51,567 nt of DNA from an uncultured Desulfobacterales bacterium (GTDB taxonomy: Bacteria; Desulfobacterota; Desulfobacteria; Desulfobacterales; C00003060), in the NCBI GenBank assembly GCA_964429315.1, contig CAYSBQ010000002.1, positions 1 through 51,567 on the forward strand. The letters are read 5' to 3'. Shown here piece after piece: positions 7,876 to 16,777 of this stretch. Every line of letters starts with the position of its first letter. Position 1 is the stretch's first letter. The position numbers were made by a program, and so were the translations under genes. The notes beneath the pieces are model-generated. The model made no database searches. It saw only the letters and a program-made list of their open reading frames with translations, and was not told the DNA's origin.

Positions 7876-8817
7876 ATGGCAAAGCTGAACCTGGCCTTGC
7901 TTTCGGGCGGCATTTCATCTGAAAGAGAGGTTTCTCTCAAGGGGGGCGAACAGGTATTTGAAGCCCTTAACAAGGATAACTACGAGATAATCCGCTACGA
8001 TCCGGCCACTGATCTGGGCAGACTTGTAGCTGATGCCAAAAAAATCGACGTCGCATTCATTGTGTTGCACGGTCCATACGGTGAAGACGGCACCATTCAA
8101 GGGTTACTCGACCTCCTTCACATCCCCTACCAAGGTTCGGGCGTGCTGGCAAGCGCCTTGGCCATGGACAAACTCGTGTCTAAGCGCCTCTACCAAGAAG
8201 CCGGGCTCCGCGTACCTCCTGCTAACGTGTTAACGCAGGGCCGGCCTTTTGATCCAGAGGCATTTGTGCAAAACCCGGGATACCCTTTAGTTGTAAAACC
8301 CAGGCGTGGGGGGTCCAGCGTTGGGACTAACATCGTCTCCACCCCCGACCAATTGCAAGAAGCCTGCGACAAGGCCTTCGCATTTGACCTTTCTTTGATT
8401 ATTGAGGCCTATCTTGAAGGAACTGAAATAACCGGGGGTATTCTGGGAAATGATGAACTACAACACCTTCCCATCGTGGAGATAGTACCTGCTTCAAGCT
8501 ATACCTTTTTTGATTACGAGGCCAAATATACCAAGGGGGCCACAAGTGAAATCTGTCCGGCACGAATTAGCAATGCGCTTTCCGTCCAAGCCCAGTCAAT
8601 TGCTGAAACAGCTCATAAAGCCCTTGATTGCCGGGGATACAGCAGGACCGATATGATCATTCATCGGAATGAAATCTTTGTGCTTGAAACCAATACCATC
8701 CCCGGCATGACCCCTGTCAGCCTTTTCCCTCTGGCTGCCCAAGAGGCGGGATTCTCTTTTGAAAGGCTTCTCGACCGCTTGATAGAGCTTGCGCTGGAAG
8801 ATCATAACGGGGGTTGA
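7876..8817 (+). CDS. ddl: D-alanine--D-alanine ligase
   Basis: 313 aa. LSGGISSEREVSLKGG, VLHGPYGEDGTIQGLLDLLHIPYQGSGV, DKLVSKRL, and LETNTIPGMT are typical Ddl motifs. Confidence 0.9.
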   Translation: MAKLNLALLSGGISSEREVSLKGGEQVFEALNKDNYEIIRYDPATDLGRLVADAKKIDVAFIVLHGPYGEDGTIQGLLDLLHIPYQGSGVLASALAMDKLVSKRLYQEAGLRVPPANVLTQGRPFDPEAFVQNPGYPLVVKPRRGGSSVGTNIVSTPDQLQEACDKAFAFDLSLIIEAYLEGTEITGGILGNDELQHLPIVEIVPASSYTFFDYEAKYTKGATSEICPARISNALSVQAQSIAETAHKALDCRGYSRTDMIIHRNEIFVLETNTIPGMTPVSLFPLAAQEAGFSFERLLDRLIELALEDHNGG

Positions 8818-8822
8818 TATCC

Positions 8823-9572
8823 ATGATTATCCGATCAAGCCGTGAACTTAGAGAACACTATGACGAATTGAAGCCAGGGGATTGCTTTATCGGCATGCTC
8901 GGCTTTAGGAACATAAAATACCGCATTTTTGTTGACTTATTAGAAAGAGGAATTCGGGTCCTCCCTTCCGCCATATCTCAAACGCTTAACAGTTCCAAGG
9001 CGGCTCAATCCCACGTCCTAGGACAGTGGATGATTCCCAATACGTTAACTATCACCGGGCGTGCAGATCTTATGCGTACCATCAACATCTACAATAAGCA
9101 CAACATCGGTCCTGTAGTCACAAAAGAAGACCGCTTTGATTGTGGATTTGGTATTCATAAGTGGGACGATATTGAGGCGGTATACAACCTTGCATCCCTC
9201 AACACAAACATCTACCCTTTTGTGGTGCAGCCCTTTATCAGTAATTACACAGACATACGCGCAATTATTGCGGGAGATTACTTCGAGGCATACACGAGAG
9301 AAAACCAGTATAATTTCAGGATGAACCTTACCGCAGGTGGCAGGAGCAGGTCCTACAAGTTGAACAAGGATCAACTTGCCCTTTGCCATGACGTCATGAA
9401 ACGGGGAAGATTTCCTTACGCCCATATTGACATCCTCGTTACCGATAATGGCCGCAATTATGTATCAGAGATTGCCTTAAACGGCGGCATGAAAGGGGCG
9501 ATTATCGATCGCAAAAAATTGGATGGGATAAAAATGGGGATTCTGGAAAAAATGGGGGGACAGGAATTGTGA
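8823..9572 (+). CDS. ATP-grasp fold protein of unknown specificity (short, RimK-like)
   Basis: Start chosen at ATG 8823 (GGGGG about 9 nt upstream); the ORF is open from 8814. VVTKEDRFDCGFGIHK, FVVQPFI, DIRAIIAGD, and a NLTAGG...HIDILV...SEIALNGG pattern like ATP-grasp ligases. Confidence 0.55.
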   Translation: MIIRSSRELREHYDELKPGDCFIGMLGFRNIKYRIFVDLLERGIRVLPSAISQTLNSSKAAQSHVLGQWMIPNTLTITGRADLMRTINIYNKHNIGPVVTKEDRFDCGFGIHKWDDIEAVYNLASLNTNIYPFVVQPFISNYTDIRAIIAGDYFEAYTRENQYNFRMNLTAGGRSRSYKLNKDQLALCHDVMKRGRFPYAHIDILVTDNGRNYVSEIALNGGMKGAIIDRKKLDGIKMGILEKMGGQEL

Positions 9573-9595
9573 ATTGACAAACCAATGATTTTCCC

Positions 9596-9624
9596 TTGAC
9601 AAAACGAAGGCATCAAGGTATGGG
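9596..9624 (+). promoter_or_regulatory. possible promoter TTGACA-17-TATGGG upstream of qrcA (a second TTGACA lies at 9574-9579)
   Basis: cccTTGACAaaacgaaggcatcaaggTATGGGg. The -10 element is weak (3/6). Confidence 0.25.
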
Positions 9625-9701
9625 GACATAATATTTTTCGCCACATCTAATATCTTTGTTGATTTTATTAAGTTACCAAAACTTACTTGTCTGGAGTACC
9701 C

Positions 9702-10352
9702 ATGAGCACATCAGAAGAAAAAGAGCGAAACGTGGCTGGAGGTGAGCAGAACATGGAAGGCAGTAGTTGGCGCTTTCTTGTCCCTGTAATTGCTTTTTTT
9801 GTGAGCTTTTTGGTGTTTCTGTGTATCGGTTGGGGTATCTTCCCGAAGCTTCTTTATTCTGAGAAACAACAACCGATAGATTTCAATCATCAACTCCATG
9901 TGGACGAGATGGGAGATTGCCAAGCATGCCACTACTTCGGGGAAGATGGTAGTTTCTCTGGAATTCCCAAAAGCGAGAAGTGTATCGGTTGTCATGAGTC
10001 CGCCATGGGAGAACACCCCGAAGAGGCAAAGCTCATTAACCAATACCTTGAACCGGGAAAAGATATCCCGTGGCTGAGTTATGCCCGTCAACCTGACTGT
10101 GTCTTTTTTTCTCATGCCGCCCACGTTAGAATGGCTGGGTTGGACTGTAAGACTTGCCACGGCCCCATAGGTGAGTCGGAGCATACGAGACCTTACCAAT
10201 ATAACCGACTCACAAAGTACAGTCGAGATATCTGGGGCTGGAATATCGCAGGTATCAAAACAAACACGTGGGACCGGATGAAGATGGATGATTGTGCAGA
10301 ATGTCACAAGAAAAACGGCGTCAATCAGACCTGTTTTGTATGCCATAAGTAA
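9702..10352 (+). CDS. qrcA: membrane-anchored multihaem cytochrome c (QrcA-like; five CxxCH)
   Basis: Start chosen at ATG 9702 (GGAG RBS). One N-terminal TM helix. CQACH, CIGCH, CKTCH, CAECH, CFVCH. First gene of a haem/Mo-family/FeS/NrfD four-gene set. Confidence 0.7.
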   Translation: MSTSEEKERNVAGGEQNMEGSSWRFLVPVIAFFVSFLVFLCIGWGIFPKLLYSEKQQPIDFNHQLHVDEMGDCQACHYFGEDGSFSGIPKSEKCIGCHESAMGEHPEEAKLINQYLEPGKDIPWLSYARQPDCVFFSHAAHVRMAGLDCKTCHGPIGESEHTRPYQYNRLTKYSRDIWGWNIAGIKTNTWDRMKMDDCAECHKKNGVNQTCFVCHK

Positions 10353-10396
10353 AATACATTAGTTACCTTTCTAGACTTGATCTGAGGGGAAAGTTT

Positions 10397-12598
10397 ATGA
10401 AACTGGACAGAAGAGCTTTTATAGAACTTGCGGTTGGGGCTTCACTGGGGGCCGGGGCCGGCATTACTTTTTCACCGTTGCCCTGGAAACTAACAGATGA
10501 CGTTGCCATTTGGACACAAAATTGGCCGTGGACGCCTGTACCCTCTGAGGGTCGAGTCTCTCATACCGATACTATCTGCAATCTTTGCCGCGGCAATTGT
10601 GGCATTACTGTACGGAAAGTTGAGGGCCGTGTCACAAAGATTGAGGGAAGGGAAGGATACCCTGTCAATGACGGAGGCATTTGTCCCCTAGGCGCTTCAG
10701 GACTCCAACTCCTGTACGGTCCGTGGCGCGTGCCGGGTCCGGTGAGACGAGTCGGAAAAAGGGGCGAAAGGAAATGGGAAAGGATTTCCTGGGATAAGGC
10801 AATCGCCGAAGTAGTCAAAAAACTCTCTGATTTGCGAAGCAAGGGAAAACCTGACACAGTCGCCTGCATCACGGCCACCGACCAAGGCACCGTACCGCAG
10901 TTGTTTTCCCGCTTTATGGAGTCATACGGCTCACCGAATTACATACGTACTGCCTCGGCTGAGGATACCAACGAGCTGGCAATGAAGCTCTTACAGGGGA
11001 AAGACGCTTCGGTAGGCTATGATCTTGAAAAAGCAAACTTCATACTCAGCTTTGGTTGCGGACTAATCGAGGGGTGGGGATCTCCTGTACGTACGATCCA
11101 GGCTCACAGCAAGTGGCGTTCCGGCAACGGAAAGAAGGCTGCCACCGTGGTTCAGATTGAACCCCGCCTTTCAAACACTGCCGCAAAGGCAGATGCCTGG
11201 TATCCGGTCAATCCTGGCGCAGAAACGGCCCTTGCTCTCGGTTTAGCACATGTAATCATAAAGGATTCGCTCTACGATAGCGCCTTTGTCGAAAATTCAA
11301 CGTTGGGTTTCAACGAGTGGCGCAAGATGGTAATGTCTGAATACTCACCCGGGGATGTTTCTGCCACTACCGGGCTTTCTACAGCCAAGATAACTAACCT
11401 AGCCAGGGCCTTTGCAAAGGCTGGGCGGCCCTTGGCCGTCTGGGGTCGTGGCAAGGGAACCACGCCGGGAAGTCTCTATGAGTGCATGGCAGTGCTTGCC
11501 CTTAACGCTTTGGTGGGAAATATTAACAAGCCGGGAGGTGTCTGGACCAACTTGCGCAGTACGGACCACCTGGGATGGCCGGAGTCTCCTCGAGATACGA
11601 TAGCCAAGTCCGGAAACAGCAAGCCTCGTTTGGACGGTGCGGGCACTAAAGACTATCCCATGGTCAAGTATCGACCAGATGAACTGCCTAAAATCATAAA
11701 CGACAACCCGGAAGCAATTCAGGCGCTCCTAGTCCATGAGGCAGATCCATATTTTACCACAATGGACTCTAACAGAGTTGCGGAGGCTTTTGAAAAAATT
11801 CCCTTTGTTGTAAGTTTTTCCACCTATTTCGATGAAACAGCCCAGCATGCAGACCTTATTCTTCCCAACGACCACTATCTTGAACGATGGGAAGATATTC
11901 CAAGCCCTGTAGGACTGCACAAAGCGGTGATCGGAGTCTTAAGGCCGGTAATAGACCGTCAGTTTGACACAAAACACGCTGGAGACACGATCATGGCCAT
12001 TGCCAAGAAACTTGGGGGGTCTGTTTCTAATGCATTCCCGTGGGATGATTATGAATCTGTGCTGAAGGAGGCTATGGGCGCCAATTGGGATGCATTGGCG
12101 AAAATAGGCTATGTCGCCAAAACCGGCAGTACACCTTCCGGAGAGTTTGAGTTCTACGCCAAGCCTTATGAACCAATCGAGCTTGAAGGGGATTCAAGCA
12201 CACAACCATTAACCCTGATTCCAGTGGAGTTGATGCGGTTGGCAAGCGGAGCTATCGGAAATCCACCATTTTGCACAAAGACCTTGGAAGTAACGGAACT
12301 CAAGGGTAACGACCTTTTTGTTGAGGTGAATCCCAAGACTGCTGGAGATTATGGGCTTGCCGATGGAAAATATGCAATGCTGGAAACCTACAGAGGGAAG
12401 GCGAAGGTACTCGTACATCTGTCTGAAGGAATCATGCCGGGCTTGGTGGGTATACCAAAAGGGCTCGGCCATACCGGTTATGACGATTATCTGGCCGGTA
12501 AGGGGGTAAACGCCAACAGTTTTATGGGAGCAGTAGAAGATCCCATCTCTGGTTTATCTGCAACCTGGGGGATCAGAGCGAAACTGACCAGTGTTTAG
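10397..12598 (+). CDS. qrcB: molybdopterin-oxidoreductase-family large subunit with Tat signal (QrcB-like)
   Basis: 733 aa. MKLDRRAFIELAVGASLGAGAG twin-arginine signal, N-terminal CNLCRGNCG...C FeS motif, and an MopB-like body. GAGGGGA RBS. Confidence 0.8.
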   Translation: MKLDRRAFIELAVGASLGAGAGITFSPLPWKLTDDVAIWTQNWPWTPVPSEGRVSHTDTICNLCRGNCGITVRKVEGRVTKIEGREGYPVNDGGICPLGASGLQLLYGPWRVPGPVRRVGKRGERKWERISWDKAIAEVVKKLSDLRSKGKPDTVACITATDQGTVPQLFSRFMESYGSPNYIRTASAEDTNELAMKLLQGKDASVGYDLEKANFILSFGCGLIEGWGSPVRTIQAHSKWRSGNGKKAATVVQIEPRLSNTAAKADAWYPVNPGAETALALGLAHVIIKDSLYDSAFVENSTLGFNEWRKMVMSEYSPGDVSATTGLSTAKITNLARAFAKAGRPLAVWGRGKGTTPGSLYECMAVLALNALVGNINKPGGVWTNLRSTDHLGWPESPRDTIAKSGNSKPRLDGAGTKDYPMVKYRPDELPKIINDNPEAIQALLVHEADPYFTTMDSNRVAEAFEKIPFVVSFSTYFDETAQHADLILPNDHYLERWEDIPSPVGLHKAVIGVLRPVIDRQFDTKHAGDTIMAIAKKLGGSVSNAFPWDDYESVLKEAMGANWDALAKIGYVAKTGSTPSGEFEFYAKPYEPIELEGDSSTQPLTLIPVELMRLASGAIGNPPFCTKTLEVTELKGNDLFVEVNPKTAGDYGLADGKYAMLETYRGKAKVLVHLSEGIMPGLVGIPKGLGHTGYDDYLAGKGVNANSFMGAVEDPISGLSATWGIRAKLTSV

Positions 12599-12622
12599 AG
12601 AAGAGTAAAAGAAGGGGTAACC

Positions 12623-13465
12623 ATGAAAGATGCACATCATAAGGGAGAGGGGCGCCAGGAAGGGCATGCACCTGAGCACCATGAAGGACACGGCGCGGTT
12701 TATAAGTATGGGATGGTCATTAACCTTGACAAGTGTACCGGCTGTGGCGCTTGCATGGTCGCTTGTATGGCCGAGAACAATATCCCCTTCAGAAAAGAAG
12801 ACACCAACGATAGGCTAACACAGAACTTCTGGATGCGGGTCTATAAAATCAGTAACGGCCGCTCTTTTCCTGACAACGATATCTGTTATATCCCACGGCC
12901 CTGCATGCACTGTGAAGGCCATGGTCACCATCACTCCCCTTGTGTGTCTGTGTGTCCCGCAACAGCTACCGATTACAATCATGAAACCGGCATTGTAAGC
13001 CAGATATATACTCGTTGTTTCGGATGTCGGTACTGCATGGCAGCATGTCCATATCATGTTCGTGTCTTCAATTGGTGGGATCCGAAATGGCCTGAAGGCA
13101 TGGAAGAATACCTTAATCCGGATGTATCGCCACGTATGCGCGGTGTGGTTGAAAAATGCAGCTTCTGCTTTCATCGTCTTCAGCGGGCCAGAAACAAGGC
13201 CTACTCTGAGGACCGGCGCGAAGTGCATGAAGACGAATATCAGACTGCCTGCACCCAGGCCTGCCCCGCAGGCGCCATTACTTTCGGTGACCTCACTAAT
13301 CCCGAACATAAGGTCTATGACCTAAAGAAGGTACCGAATGCCTTCAGGCTCTTGGAAGTTCTTGGCACAAACCCAAAGGTATATTACACCTCATCAAGGG
13401 CCTGGGTCAGTAAGGCCGCGGACGTTTATGTCGGCAAGGAAGGAAGCAGCGTAACCCACGCCTAG
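12623..13465 (+). CDS. qrcC: four-cluster 4Fe-4S protein (QrcC-like) with a His-rich N-terminus
   Basis: 280 aa. CTGCGACMVAC, CMHCE...CVSVCP, CFGCRYCMAACP, CSFC...CTQACP, as in the PsrB/NrfC family. Confidence 0.8.
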   Translation: MKDAHHKGEGRQEGHAPEHHEGHGAVYKYGMVINLDKCTGCGACMVACMAENNIPFRKEDTNDRLTQNFWMRVYKISNGRSFPDNDICYIPRPCMHCEGHGHHHSPCVSVCPATATDYNHETGIVSQIYTRCFGCRYCMAACPYHVRVFNWWDPKWPEGMEEYLNPDVSPRMRGVVEKCSFCFHRLQRARNKAYSEDRREVHEDEYQTACTQACPAGAITFGDLTNPEHKVYDLKKVPNAFRLLEVLGTNPKVYYTSSRAWVSKAADVYVGKEGSSVTHA

Positions 13466-13503
13466 GCTTGGGTTATCTTTACTGAATAAGAGGAGTGTCT
13501 ATC

Positions 13504-14736
13504 ATGTTCGATTCTGCATTAATCCCAAAGGGCGTAAAAAGGTGTTCATTTGCAAAGTTCTTTATGTGGATCCTCATCCTCAATATTCCCGTGCTTATAG
13601 GAGCGGTCGCTGCTATCTTATGTTGGGGTTTGGCACTTAATCAGACTTACTTGAACAACAACTTCCCTTTTGGGCTCTGGATTGCCGCCGACCTTGGAAT
13701 TATTGCCCTTGGTGGCGGCGCCTTTTTCACCGGTTTTTTGAGGTACGTCATCAACATAAAGGAACTTAAAAACATCGTAAATTATGCGGTCGTCATTGGC
13801 GTTATTTGCTATGCCTCGGCCCAGGGTATTCTGGCTATAGATATCGGTCAACCTTTAAGAGGCTGGTTTATTTTCTGGCACGCCAATGTCCATTCCATGC
13901 TCACAGAGGTGGCCTTCTGCATTATGTGTTACTTCATGGTTCTTTGCGTTGAGTATCTCCCTCTCATCTTGGAAAACCGACAGATATTCAAATTTTCAGT
14001 ACCCCATTCCTTTGCCCATCATCTCCATGAAGCCATGCCCACAATTGCTGCTCTGGGAGTATTTCTTTCTTGCTTCCACCAAGGCTCTCTGGGTGGTGTG
14101 TCCGGTGTACTTTACGGCCGGCCCTTTGCTTATCGGGAAGGTTTTCTGGTCTGGCCTTGGACATTTTTTCTCTTTATTCTTTCAGCAATGGCATGCGGTC
14201 CCTGTTTTACAATCCTGATCACCAAAATTACTGAATTCTTCGGCAAGAAAAAACTTGTAAAGAAAAGTACTATCGGCATTCTCGCTAAGATTTCCGGCGG
14301 GCTGACCACTCTATATGTTATATTGAAGATTATTGACACCCTCGGTTGGTTTGGCCTAGCCAAGGATGCCGGAGCCCCCGTGAAAAGCTTTTACGCCAAT
14401 CAGCCGTATGGCTGGTGGGTCCTGGTCATGGAAGTAATCATCCTTGGCGCTATTCCGGCCTTGCTCTTGTCGATTAAGAAGACCAGAGACTATGAACCAC
14501 TCCTCATCCTGGCCTGTATCTTAAATTGCTCCGGTATTCTTATGAACCGCTGGATTCTGACTGTGCAGGCCCTGGTCGTACCGGTGATGCCTTTTGATAA
14601 ATTTGTAAACTACTATCCCAACTGGGTTGAATGGGCAACCACGCTGCTGCCCGTCTGGGCGGGAGCAATCGTTATTATGCTCTCTTATCGTTACCTGCCC
14701 ATTTTTCCGCAGGAAAGAGAAATGAACCCATATTAA
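13504..14736 (+). CDS. qrcD: NrfD/PsrC-family integral membrane quinone-interacting subunit (QrcD-like)
   Basis: Start chosen at ATG 13504 (AGGAG RBS at 8 nt). About 410 aa and highly hydrophobic with multiple TM helices. Position follows the FeS subunit. Confidence 0.8.
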   Translation: MFDSALIPKGVKRCSFAKFFMWILILNIPVLIGAVAAILCWGLALNQTYLNNNFPFGLWIAADLGIIALGGGAFFTGFLRYVINIKELKNIVNYAVVIGVICYASAQGILAIDIGQPLRGWFIFWHANVHSMLTEVAFCIMCYFMVLCVEYLPLILENRQIFKFSVPHSFAHHLHEAMPTIAALGVFLSCFHQGSLGGVSGVLYGRPFAYREGFLVWPWTFFLFILSAMACGPCFTILITKITEFFGKKKLVKKSTIGILAKISGGLTTLYVILKIIDTLGWFGLAKDAGAPVKSFYANQPYGWWVLVMEVIILGAIPALLLSIKKTRDYEPLLILACILNCSGILMNRWILTVQALVVPVMPFDKFVNYYPNWVEWATTLLPVWAGAIVIMLSYRYLPIFPQEREMNPY

Positions 14737-14763
14737 TCAGGATATAAGAAAGGACTCCGTGCC

Positions 14764-14928
14764 ATGTTTCCATTTGCATTTGAGTGGGTAAATGACCCAA
14801 GTCACTTTGTCTTTATGGGCGGCTTCTATGCGGCCCTGGGCGGGCTTTTTATTGCGGTGAATTATTGTGCCATGCGGGCCATCTTTGATTGGCTTTGCAA
14901 GGGCGGTGAAAACCACAACGAGCATTAA
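14764..14928 (+). CDS. small single-TM ORF, 54 aa
   Basis: MFPFAFEWVNDPSHFVFMGGFYAALGGLFIAVNYCAMRAIFDWLCKGGENHNEH. AAAGGA lies 9 nt upstream. Starts 27 nt after the qrcD stop. Below the ORF-track cutoff. Confidence 0.35.
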   Translation: MFPFAFEWVNDPSHFVFMGGFYAALGGLFIAVNYCAMRAIFDWLCKGGENHNEH

Positions 14929-14982
14929 CCCCGAAACGGTCAATTGCACGTTTTAGAACACAAAGAATTCAGGGGGAATATC

Positions 14983-15171
14983 ATGGACATTGCAAGATTT
15001 ATAGGCATCGTTATCGTTTTCGGTGTTCCGGCCATATGGTTCGGGGGCCTTGTCTTCCATTGGTTCCACAGTTGGGTGGCCGTTTGGATATGGGAGATAA
15101 TACTTGCGATCATCGCAATCAGCACGGCCCTGAAAGCCACACGCCATAAGTCGGCAGACGCCCACCACTGA
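14983..15171 (+). CDS. small two-TM ORF, 62 aa
   Basis: Start chosen at ATG 14983 behind AGGGGGA. MDIARFIGIVIVFGVPAIWFGGLVFHWFHSWVAVWIWEIILAIIAISTALKATRHK... The terminator follows directly. Confidence 0.45.
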   Translation: MDIARFIGIVIVFGVPAIWFGGLVFHWFHSWVAVWIWEIILAIIAISTALKATRHKSADAHH

Positions 15172-15206
15172 CCCATCAAGATCTTTAGTTACTGCAACAA
15201 TTCGAA

Positions 15207-15240
15207 CCCCTGCCGGGGAACCGCCGGTCGGGGTTTTTTC
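15207..15240 (+). terminator. intrinsic terminator closing the qrc unit
   Basis: CCCCTGCCGG-ggaaccg-CCGGTCGGGG followed by TTTTTTC. Confidence 0.6.
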
Positions 15241-15542
15241 GTTTCCACAGAACAAAACAGTTCACCGGGGTCGGGGTCAGGGGGTGACTATTAAACACAC
15301 ATGAGACCGTGTGCATTGTAAATATCGCTTTTGTAATTTCTTTTCCTGAACAGCAGAATATCGAATAAAGAATTTCGAATGCCGAAGTACCCTCTTCGTG
15401 ATTCTGCGGTTCCTTGTTCGATATTCAATTTTTTGGGGCAATTACAAGAACTCCCAAAAACACCCTCTGAGTCAAGTGTGTATTGCGCTCATCTCCTGGC
15501 ACCCCGACCCCTGATCCCTGGTTTGACACACCCGACAGCTAT

Positions 15543-15578
15543 AAAAAAGGGCCGATCCCCAAACTGGGAACCAGCCCC
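15543..15578 (-). terminator. intrinsic terminator closing dsrMKJOP
   Basis: Minus strand: GGGCUGGUUCCC-aguuu-GGGGAUCGGCCC (12 bp including 3 G-U), then UUUUUU. Lies 28 nt after the dsrP stop. Confidence 0.6.
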
Positions 15579-15605
15579 TCAAAATACTCAATTAACAATT
15601 GGCTT

Positions 15606-16766
15606 TTAACCGGTCAACTGTTCTTCCTTCACCGTTATGGCCACCTTATAAAGCGCACTCAGGATAAAAAAGCCGGTGGCCCAAACTCCCAGCGTGATAA
15701 AAACCTCCGGAGCGGTTGCCTTATACTCGGTTATATGGTGCAACGGATTCGGCACGAAACCACCCAGAACCAAACCAACACCCTTATCGATCCATGTGGC
15801 AATAAAAACACAAATACATGCTACTACCAGCGTATCGTCTTTTCTACGTGTGGCAGGCACCAGCAACAACACAAGGCATACCGCCGCGAAGAAGGTCGCC
15901 GTCCACATCCATGGTACGAGAGCGTGATGGCCATTAAGCCCCACAAATAGGTACTTGAGGGTATGCATATGCCCGGGAATATTACTGTAAAACCCAGTAA
16001 AGACCTCAAGCAGGAAGAAAAAGACATTCAGGCACATTGCATACGTGACGATACCTGAAAGCGTCCGGATTGCCTGATTACCCGGATCAAATTTCGTGTT
16101 TTTCCTGACTATGATACAAAATATAATAAGAAGCGCCGGCCCGGCCGCGAATGCCGAGGCCAGAAAGCGGGCTGCCATAATTGCAGTTAACCAATAATGC
16201 CTTCCGGGAAGCCCGGCATACAGGAATGCCGTTACCGTGTGGATACTAACCGCCCAGGGTATGGAGATGTAAATAAAGGGCTTGACCCACTTTGGGGTTG
16301 GCATGGACTTGCGCTCAGCAGCCAAGACGTTCCATCCTATGAATATATTCAGGAACAAATATCCATTCAGGACAATCATATCCCAAAAAAGGATCGAGTT
16401 GGGAGTCGGATGCAGCAAAACATTCATTGCGCGGGCAGGGTTTCCCAGGTCTGCAATGATGAACAACAAACACATAGTTACTGCGGAAACACCTAAAAAC
16501 TCCGCCAAGATGGTGATTTTCCCAAATGCCTTATGATGATGAAGATAATACGGTGTTACAACCATCACGGCCGCCGCCGCAACACCGACAAGAAAGGTGA
16601 AATTGGCGATATAAACACCCCACGACACGTCTCTGCTCATGCCTGTTATACCAAGGCCGTAGCTCAACTGCCAGAGCCACATAATGAACCCCACGCCCAT
16701 TACAGTGAGCAGACATGCCATCCATATCCAGTACTTACGTCCTCCAACTAGTGCCTTCTCAAGCAT
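15606..16766 (-). CDS. dsrP: DsrP, NrfD-family membrane subunit of the DsrMKJOP complex
   Basis: Start chosen at ATG 16766. About 386 aa and polytopic. Last gene of an M-K-J-O-P ordered set. Confidence 0.9.
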   Translation of the reverse strand: MLEKALVGGRKYWIWMACLLTVMGVGFIMWLWQLSYGLGITGMSRDVSWGVYIANFTFLVGVAAAAVMVVTPYYLHHHKAFGKITILAEFLGVSAVTMCLLFIIADLGNPARAMNVLLHPTPNSILFWDMIVLNGYLFLNIFIGWNVLAAERKSMPTPKWVKPFIYISIPWAVSIHTVTAFLYAGLPGRHYWLTAIMAARFLASAFAAGPALLIIFCIIVRKNTKFDPGNQAIRTLSGIVTYAMCLNVFFFLLEVFTGFYSNIPGHMHTLKYLFVGLNGHHALVPWMWTATFFAAVCLVLLLVPATRRKDDTLVVACICVFIATWIDKGVGLVLGGFVPNPLHHITEYKATAPEVFITLGVWATGFFILSALYKVAITVKEEQLTG

Positions 16767-16777
16767 AGCCACCTACC

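Noticed and set aside
9711-10346. 211-aa ORF antisense to qrcA
   Set aside because: The plus-strand frame carries five CxxCH haem motifs, a TM anchor and an RBS. The antisense ORF has no RBS or motifs and is a shadow ORF.
10397-12598. Possible selenocysteine or in-frame stop in the molybdopterin-family subunit
   Set aside because: The ORF is continuous, with no internal TGA and no SECIS-like hairpin noted. This is consistent with a cofactor-less QrcB-type protein.
15267-15284. GGGG-TC-GGGG-TCA-GGGGG tract as a possible G-quadruplex
   Set aside because: There are only three closely spaced G-runs. The nearest fourth run lies ~35 nt away inside the qrc terminator stem.
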